DNA of 64,000 nucleotides from an uncultured Helicobacter sp. (GTDB lineage Bacteria; Campylobacterota; Campylobacteria; Campylobacterales; Helicobacteraceae): NCBI RefSeq assembly GCF_947367035.1, contig NZ_CANBCA010000008.1, positions 6,198 to 70,197 of the forward strand, read 5' to 3'. Shown piece by piece: positions 58,738 to 64,000 of this stretch (position 1 is its first letter; each line of letters starts with the position of its first letter). The notes under the pieces were generated by a model. It saw only the letters and a program-made list of their open reading frames with translations, ran no database searches and was not told where the DNA came from. The position numbers and the translations under genes were made by a program.

Positions 58738-60006
58738 TTAAGAGTGTGTAAATTTTTCCCTTAGTATCTTTTTGCCAAATTCTACACCAGGTTGATTATA
58801 TGTATCAATTTGTAGCAAAATCCCCACACAAGAAGTAAGTAATTCGTAATACATTACAAGCGCACCGGTATTTTCTTCATTCAAAGATTCAAGAATAATA
58901 GAATCCACAGGCACATTCTGTGAAATAATACTCTCTTTGGTTGAAATACATTGCAACTTTAAAAGCTGATTAAAAGAAGTTTGATTAACAAAATTTGTAG
59001 ATTCTAAACCTTGTAAATGAATGTTTGGAATATAAAGAGGTTTTTGTAAAAAGTTCTTAACGCTTAAAAATGTTACGGTTTTATTTGCAGGTCCTTGCAT
59101 AATGAGTTGTAAAAAAGAATGCTGGTCAATACTGCCAATGAGAGCAATAGGTGTCAAGCCGCGTCTTTGCTCATACATATCTAGTTTGCCTAAGGATTCT
59201 CCCCATAATTGCACATACCAAGCATTAAAATGACGAAAAACACTAGAATAAGAAAATAACACATTAATAGGATATTTGCTTTCATTTCTTGCTAGAAATA
59301 GGGCTTTTTTGAGCACATTATCTTTCCGTTCTTGAAAAAATCTATTGCTAATAATGCTCGCACCTTTTAAGATTGCTTGAATATCATAACCTAAAATTGC
59401 AAGAGGCAACAAGCCTACTGCACTTAATACAGAGAATCTTCCCCCGATATTTGGCTTTATCGTTATGGATTCTATCTTTTCACTTTTACTCCAATGAAAG
59501 AGAGGAGAATCTTCATCAGTAATTGTTAGCAAATGTTTTTTACGTTCTCCTTTCAACAAAGAAAATCGTGCTAAAATATATTTAAAAAGCGAAGTGGTTT
59601 CAATCGTCAGCCCAGATTTTGAGATAACAATAAAGAGAGTTTCCTCATATTTAATGCGTTGTAAGTCTTTTCTGATGATAATAGGGTCTGTATGCTCTAA
59701 GAATCGTAATTTGATTTTTTTGCGATTGTTTTGGTGTGAGAGTAATGCGTCAATTGCTTTTGTCCCAAGTGAGCTACCCCCAATCCCTACAATAATAACA
59801 TTAGAAATGGAATCCAAAAAATGCTTATTTCGTGTTAAATAATCAAAAATTGCTTGATTTTTAGCAAAAGGTAAATCATAATATCCACTAAGTTGGCTAT
59901 TACGTTCTACAAGAACTTTTTGAAAAAATAAATCTAAGTTTTTTTTATCAAAAAGATTGGGATAATCTTGTAAAAAATGTGAATAGGTGTTGGTTAAATT
60001 CATCAT
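58738..60006 (-). CDS. pgi: glucose-6-phosphate isomerase (short bacterial form)
   Basis: 422 aa with SIS-domain motifs (VGIGGSSLG, GGRFSVLSAVG). Confidence 0.85.
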   Translation of the reverse strand: MMNLTNTYSHFLQDYPNLFDKKNLDLFFQKVLVERNSQLSGYYDLPFAKNQAIFDYLTRNKHFLDSISNVIIVGIGGSSLGTKAIDALLSHQNNRKKIKLRFLEHTDPIIIRKDLQRIKYEETLFIVISKSGLTIETTSLFKYILARFSLLKGERKKHLLTITDEDSPLFHWSKSEKIESITIKPNIGGRFSVLSAVGLLPLAILGYDIQAILKGASIISNRFFQERKDNVLKKALFLARNESKYPINVLFSYSSVFRHFNAWYVQLWGESLGKLDMYEQRRGLTPIALIGSIDQHSFLQLIMQGPANKTVTFLSVKNFLQKPLYIPNIHLQGLESTNFVNQTSFNQLLKLQCISTKESIISQNVPVDSIILESLNEENTGALVMYYELLTSCVGILLQIDTYNQPGVEFGKKILREKFTHS

Positions 60007-60026
60007 AAAATTGACCCCTTAAGAAT

Positions 60027-61022
60027 TTAAATACTAGAACCAACAAAACCTGCCATATCCACTAAACGCGTAGAATAACCCCACTCATTGTCATACCAGG
60101 CAACCACTTTTACTTGATTTTCGCCTACGACCACCGTGCAGTCCGGGATAAAAATACTACTATAAGTACTTCCAATGAAGTCTCCTGAAACGCGTTTTTC
60201 ATTATCCACTAGAATGAGATTCTTAAATGCACTTTGTGCAGCATTCTCAAAAACGGCATTAACAGATTCTTTGGTAGCAGATTCTTTTGTAACGCAAGTT
60301 AAATCTACAAGACTTACATCAGGTGTTGGAACCCGAATCGCAAAGCCATTTAGTTTTCCCTTTAATTCAGGCAGAACAAGTCCAATAGCTTTTGCCGCAC
60401 CCGTGGAAGTTGGAATCATATTGAGTGCAGCAGCACGAGCACGGCGCAAATCTTTATGTTTGGAATCTAGAAGGTTTTGGTCGTTGGTATAGCTATGAAT
60501 GGTTGTCATTAATCCACTTAAAATTTTAAAATTATCGTGCAAAACTTTTGCAATAGGCGCAAGTGCGTTAGTCGTGCAACTTGCATTAGAAATGATAGAT
60601 TCCCCTTGATAATTGATATGATTGACGCCATAAACGAAAGTTGGAGTATCTGTCGCTGGTGCAGAAATCACAACTCTTTGGATTCCTCCATATAAATGCG
60701 CACCCGCTTTATTTAAATCATTAAAAGCCCCAGTGCATTCTATCACGAGTTTTGCACCAAATTTTCCAAAATTTAATTCTTTAATCTCACGAGTGCTAAT
60801 GATTTGAATATTTTTTTGTTTGCCAATTTTTATACTATTTTCACTTAATTTTTCAACCACACTATTTTTTTGCACAGAATCATATTTTAGTAGATGAATG
60901 AGTGTGTCAATGGGCATTGTTGTGTTGAGCGCAACAAGCTCTAAATCTTCGCGTTCGCTTAGAATTTTGCATACACATAAACCTATTCTTCCTGTCCCAT
61001 TGACTGCAACTTTTAGAGCCAT
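60027..61022 (-). CDS. gap: glyceraldehyde-3-phosphate dehydrogenase
   Basis: The start is MALKVAVNGTGRIG and the active site is SNASCTTN. The 118 codons upstream in the 449-aa ORF overlap hup and its promoter, so I exclude them. Confidence 0.9.
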   Translation of the reverse strand: MALKVAVNGTGRIGLCVCKILSEREDLELVALNTTMPIDTLIHLLKYDSVQKNSVVEKLSENSIKIGKQKNIQIISTREIKELNFGKFGAKLVIECTGAFNDLNKAGAHLYGGIQRVVISAPATDTPTFVYGVNHINYQGESIISNASCTTNALAPIAKVLHDNFKILSGLMTTIHSYTNDQNLLDSKHKDLRRARAAALNMIPTSTGAAKAIGLVLPELKGKLNGFAIRVPTPDVSLVDLTCVTKESATKESVNAVFENAAQSAFKNLILVDNEKRVSGDFIGSTYSSIFIPDCTVVVGENQVKVVAWYDNEWGYSTRLVDMAGFVGSSI

Positions 61023-61248
61023 TGGTTCTCCTTTTCGAATAAATAATGATAATTTAGAATCTCTAATATTATTTAAAACTTCCTTACAGATTCTTAAAGG
61101 GCTCTTAAGGAGAATTTTTGAGGTTATGTTAAAGTATTTTCCATACATAAAGTATAAAATAAAATTTATTTTTTCTTTGAAAAGTCTTGAAAATCGCAAA
61201 TTTATGTTACAATAATGCGTTTTTAAACTTTTTATGGAGGTTTCCAAA

Positions 61249-61545
61249 ATGAATAAATCAGAATTTGTTGATCTAGTAAAACAGGTCGGAGAGTATGAGA
61301 CTAAAAAAGAAGCTGAAAAAGCAATCAGCACTTTTACAGCAGCAGTAGTAAAAGCACTTGCTAAGAAAGAAAGCATTGAATTAGTTGGCTTTGGTAAATT
61401 TGAAACTGTGCTTCAAAAGGGCAAAGAAGGTGTTGTGCCTGGGACAACTAAAAAATACAAAACAGGAGATAAGTTTGTTCCTAAGTTTAAGGCTGGAAAA
61501 GGTCTTAAAGATGCAGTTGCTGCCGCTAAAAAAGGCAAAAAATAA
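61249..61545 (+). CDS. hup: HU-family DNA-binding protein
   Basis: MNKSEFVDLV...GFGKFET... is the HU/IHF fold. The C-terminus is lysine-rich. Confidence 0.85.
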   Translation: MNKSEFVDLVKQVGEYETKKEAEKAISTFTAAVVKALAKKESIELVGFGKFETVLQKGKEGVVPGTTKKYKTGDKFVPKFKAGKGLKDAVAAAKKGKK

Positions 61546-61557
61546 TTTCTTCTTTTA

Positions 61558-61577
61558 CGCCCGACAGTTGTTGGGCG
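61558..61577 (+). terminator. hairpin after hup (terminator or processing site ahead of the tRNA)
   Basis: The stem is cgcccgac/gttgggcg (8 bp, one G-U) with a 4-nt loop. No clear U-tract follows. Confidence 0.3.
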
Positions 61578-61600
61578 ATTCTCAAATATTCTTTAGCGCT

Positions 61601-61677
61601 GTCTTTGTAGCTCAGCAGGATAGAGCACACGATTCCTAATCGTGAGGTCATGCGTTCGAATCGCATCAGGGACACCA
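61601..61677 (+). tRNA. tRNA-Arg (anticodon CCU)
   Basis: Cloverleaf folded by hand. The acceptor is gtctttg/cagggac and the D arm is gctc/gagc. The anticodon stem is cacga/tcgtg with loop ttCCTaa. The T arm is atgcg-ttcgaat-cgcat, and the 3' ACCA is encoded. Confidence 0.9.
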
Positions 61678-61992
61678 TTACAAAATTTCATTAGACTTTG
61701 GATATTGTAATCTTGTGGAATCTTTGCTTGCACTGTAATCTTTAATATAGAAAAACTCTAAGAATCCCCACTAAAAATTTCAGAATTACCTAGTCCATTT
61801 GTTATTGAAGTCCCTTTTATTTACCTTATTAGCGTAAAGTGTTTAGGCTGGCTAAATGATTTATATTGTAAAACCAAATAAAATGTGTTATTATTCTAGT
61901 CTTTCCAAAGCTTTCGGGTTAAAGCACACAGATAATGACTTCTTTTTCTTTCTGTCCAATATCTGTATAATTTATCATTTTAAGGAATCAAA

Positions 61993-63219
61993 GTGTTTCA
62001 AGACTATAAGCAAAGATTCCTAGTCAAATTTTGGTCGCCTATGCCCGCTATTATTGCACTTGGCGTAATGGCTGCTTATTATTTTGGTTTGACTGGGACT
62101 TATTGGGCTGTTACAGGTGAATTTACGCGTTGGGGCGGACATATTATGAATCTTTTAGGTGTGGATACAAGCACTTGGGGTTATTTTAAGATTCTAGGTT
62201 TGCAAGGAACACCGCTAGATAGGGTAGATGGCGTGATGATTATTGGAATGTTTGCAGGGGCGTTTGCCGCTGCCGCAATGGCAAATAATGTCAAGTTTCG
62301 TTTGCCTCAAAGCAATATTAGAATCGCTCAAGCCCTTATCGGTGGGATTATTGCAGGATTTGGTGCGAGGATTGGTATGGGTTGTAATTTGGCGAGTTTC
62401 TTTACGGGGATTCCACAATTTAGCTTGCACGCGTGGTTTTTTACGATTATGACGCTTGTTGGTGTGTGGCTAGGCACAAAGGTTGTTTTACTCCCACTTT
62501 TTCGCTCTCATACAAAGCTAGAGAAAGTCAGCTCACAAAAAGACATTGGAAATAGCAAAGAAAATCAGAGTAGGGCAAAACTCCTTTTTGCACTTGGTGT
62601 TTTGGTATTAGTTGGAATTGGCGTTTGGGTAGCGTATCTAATGGCGTATGGAAATATTCCAGAGGGCAAAAAGATTCCTATTTTAGCACTTGCAGTTGTA
62701 TTTGGTGTGGGATTTGGATTTATCATCTCGCGTGCGCAGATTTGCTTTACCTCTGCCTTTAGGGATTTATTTATCACAGGGCGTGGATATATGGCAAGAG
62801 CGGTGATTGTGGGAATGATGGTTTCAACTATTGGCGTTTTTAGTTACATTATGCTTGGACTTCCGCCTAAAATTATGTGGGCTGCGCCAAATGCAGTGAT
62901 TGGCGGATTGCTCTTTGGCTTTGGTATTGTGATTGCAGGAGGGTGTGAATGTGGCTGGATGTATCGCGCAGTTGAGGGGCAGGTGCATTATTGGATTGTA
63001 GGTGTTGGTAATGTCATTGGCTCTACGCTTTTGGCAGCGACTTGGGATTATTATTCTGTGCCGCTTGCGACAAGCTTCCCTAAAATCAATCTTTTAGAAT
63101 CCTTTGGTAATTATGGCGGCTTGGTGGTAAGCTATGTGCTGCTTTTTGCATTCCTTGCCTTTGTGCTGTTTCTTGAGCGGCGATATTTTGCCAAAAATAA
63201 ACGATTTGAACGCGCATAA
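61993..63219 (+). CDS. yeeE: YeeE/YedE-family sulfur (thiosulfate) transporter
   Basis: 408-aa polytopic protein with the two conserved Cys loops (GMGCNLASF, AGGCECGW). GTG start with a TAAGGA Shine-Dalgarno. Confidence 0.75.
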   Translation: MFQDYKQRFLVKFWSPMPAIIALGVMAAYYFGLTGTYWAVTGEFTRWGGHIMNLLGVDTSTWGYFKILGLQGTPLDRVDGVMIIGMFAGAFAAAAMANNVKFRLPQSNIRIAQALIGGIIAGFGARIGMGCNLASFFTGIPQFSLHAWFFTIMTLVGVWLGTKVVLLPLFRSHTKLEKVSSQKDIGNSKENQSRAKLLFALGVLVLVGIGVWVAYLMAYGNIPEGKKIPILALAVVFGVGFGFIISRAQICFTSAFRDLFITGRGYMARAVIVGMMVSTIGVFSYIMLGLPPKIMWAAPNAVIGGLLFGFGIVIAGGCECGWMYRAVEGQVHYWIVGVGNVIGSTLLAATWDYYSVPLATSFPKINLLESFGNYGGLVVSYVLLFAFLAFVLFLERRYFAKNKRFERA

Positions 63220-63230
63220 AGGAGGAGAAT

Positions 63231-63470
63231 ATGCAACAAGAAATTATCCCAAATTTTAGATTAGACTTGCAAGGTGAGCCTTGCCCTTATCCTGCGGTAA
63301 GGACTCTGGAGGTTTTGCCCGAACTTAAAAGTGGCGAGATTTTGGAAGTGCTAAGTGATTGCCCACAAAGCATTAATAATATTCCCATTGATGTGAAAAA
63401 TCACGGCTATGAAGTGTTAGGAGTAGAGCAGCTAGGAGCCACGATAAGGTATCTTATTAAGAAGCCTTAG
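63231..63470 (+). CDS. yeeD: TusA/YeeD-family sulfurtransferase
   Basis: 79 aa with the CPYP active-site motif (LQGEPCPYPAV). It lies directly after yeeE. Confidence 0.75.
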   Translation: MQQEIIPNFRLDLQGEPCPYPAVRTLEVLPELKSGEILEVLSDCPQSINNIPIDVKNHGYEVLGVEQLGATIRYLIKKP

Positions 63471-63487
63471 TGTAAAATCTCAAAGTG

Positions 63488-63508
63488 AGATTCTGCAAAG
63501 CAGAATCT
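63488..63508 (+). terminator. hairpin after yeeD
   Basis: Perfect 9-bp stem agattctgc/gcagaatct with a 3-nt loop. The U-tract is weak. Confidence 0.35.
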
Positions 63509-63614
63509 TAAAAGACAATCCACAATTTTTTCTCCTATCATTTGGTTTCAAAGGGCATTTATTCTATAAGGAACACTTTTTGCTCAAGTTTCTATATATT
63601 TTATTAAGGATTAA

Positions 63615-63899
63615 ATGACAAATTTTTTTAAGTCTTGCGTTGGCAAGTATTTTAAGCTGTGGAATCGCATTTGTAGCAGATAAACTACACAATAGAGGGC
63701 AAAGAAAATAAAGACAATAAAGCGGTAAAAGCACCTGTTCTTGCAGTTAATAAAGTTTATATTCTATCAGTATATTCTTCTGATATTGGATATTGCGAGG
63801 AGATTAGCTTAGGTCAAACAAGCACAAACTAATCACGGGGGCAATCCATTTTTGTATGGACACAAGTTAATGGTTAATGATCGCAAGCATTTATATTAA
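63615..63899 (+). pseudogene. decayed paralog (copy B) of the 45748-46362 lipoprotein gene
   Basis: It aligns by eye to copy A at the 5' end (ttggcaagt.ttttaag.tgtggaatcgcattt...agagggcaaaga). It also aligns at cacgggggcaatccattt and at the 3' end (gcaag.atttatat.aa.taagg). There are two internal deletions, and the lipoprotein frame is shifted relative to the ATG. Confidence 0.6.
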
Positions 63900-63912
63900 G
63901 TAAGGGATTCTT

Positions 63913-64000
63913 ATGCAAATCAGCACAAACCACACTATGCGACAAACTTCTCTCGCACACCAAACAACGCAGAAACAACAAGAAACACGACCCCCTTTGA
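63913..64000 (+). CDS. partial CDS, paralog of the 46372-46875 gene (runs off the window)
   Basis: MQISTNHTMRQTSLAHQ... has the same position and N-terminus style as MQITQNYQ in copy A. Confidence 0.4.
   Translation, partial: MQISTNHTMRQTSLAHQTTQKQQETRPPL

Noticed and set aside
61023-61376. N-terminal 118 codons of the 449-aa ORF containing gap
   Set aside because: GAPDH clearly starts at MALKVAVNGTGRIG (ATG 61022). The upstream extension is low-complexity, overlaps the divergent hup gene and its promoter, and has no homology pattern.
61385-61639. 84-aa + strand ORF
   Set aside because: It overlaps the hup frame and runs into the tRNA-Arg gene, so it is an artefact of ORF calling.
1-64000. 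CRISPR arrays, IS elements, integrases, prophage genes, rRNA operons and classical toxin-antitoxin or restriction-modification genes
   Set aside because: I scanned both strands and the ORF track. No spaced direct repeats, transposase or integrase motifs, rRNA-like sequence or methyltransferase/endonuclease motifs were recognised.

Overview
AT-rich chromosomal segment that looks epsilonproteobacterial, probably a non-pylori Helicobacter. This is inferred from the recA-eno-ftsB-like-AMIN protein-aroK gene order, an RNase J with a long basic N-terminal extension, a futalosine-type mqn gene, pta-ackA, and his genes. About 60 protein genes are mostly housekeeping: gltS, queF, an Mla-like ABC system, bcp, yhhQ, gmhB, hemC, proS, hemA, ispB, hisD, threonine dehydratase, rsmA, rnj, ansB, uvrB, priA, metNIQ, an ABC-F ATPase, hisF, trpS, waaF, aroK, eno, recA, ackA, pta, pgi, gap, hup and yeeE/yeeD. 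There is one tRNA-Arg(CCU). I saw no rRNA, CRISPR array, transposase, integrase or prophage. The most interesting region is a tightly packed seven-gene minus-strand operon at 37466-44026. It encodes an amino-acid-type adenylation domain fused to a COG4310 aminopeptidase-like/wHTH module, two small carrier proteins, two AAC(3)-fold N-acyltransferase paralogs, a formyltransferase-like protein and a YkgJ-type Cys-cluster protein. It has no condensation or thioesterase domain, no DltB/DltD and no glycosyltransferase. It carries two long poly-G tracts: G13, which currently splits the first gene, and G10, which sits at the 3' end of one acyltransferase. I read it as a candidate uncharacterised, phase-variable carrier-protein-dependent (amino)acyl-modification system for a surface structure. 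Other points: a family-8 LPS glycosyltransferase with a G11 tract, currently out of frame and start-coupled to hemC. A roughly 1 kb gene-decay zone after priA. A duplicated two-gene lipoprotein module whose second copy is decayed and whose first copy has ATA where the start codon should be. A GC-rich repeat cluster built from ATGGATTGC...CTCGCAATGA units. A marked window-wide excess of the pentamer GAWTC.
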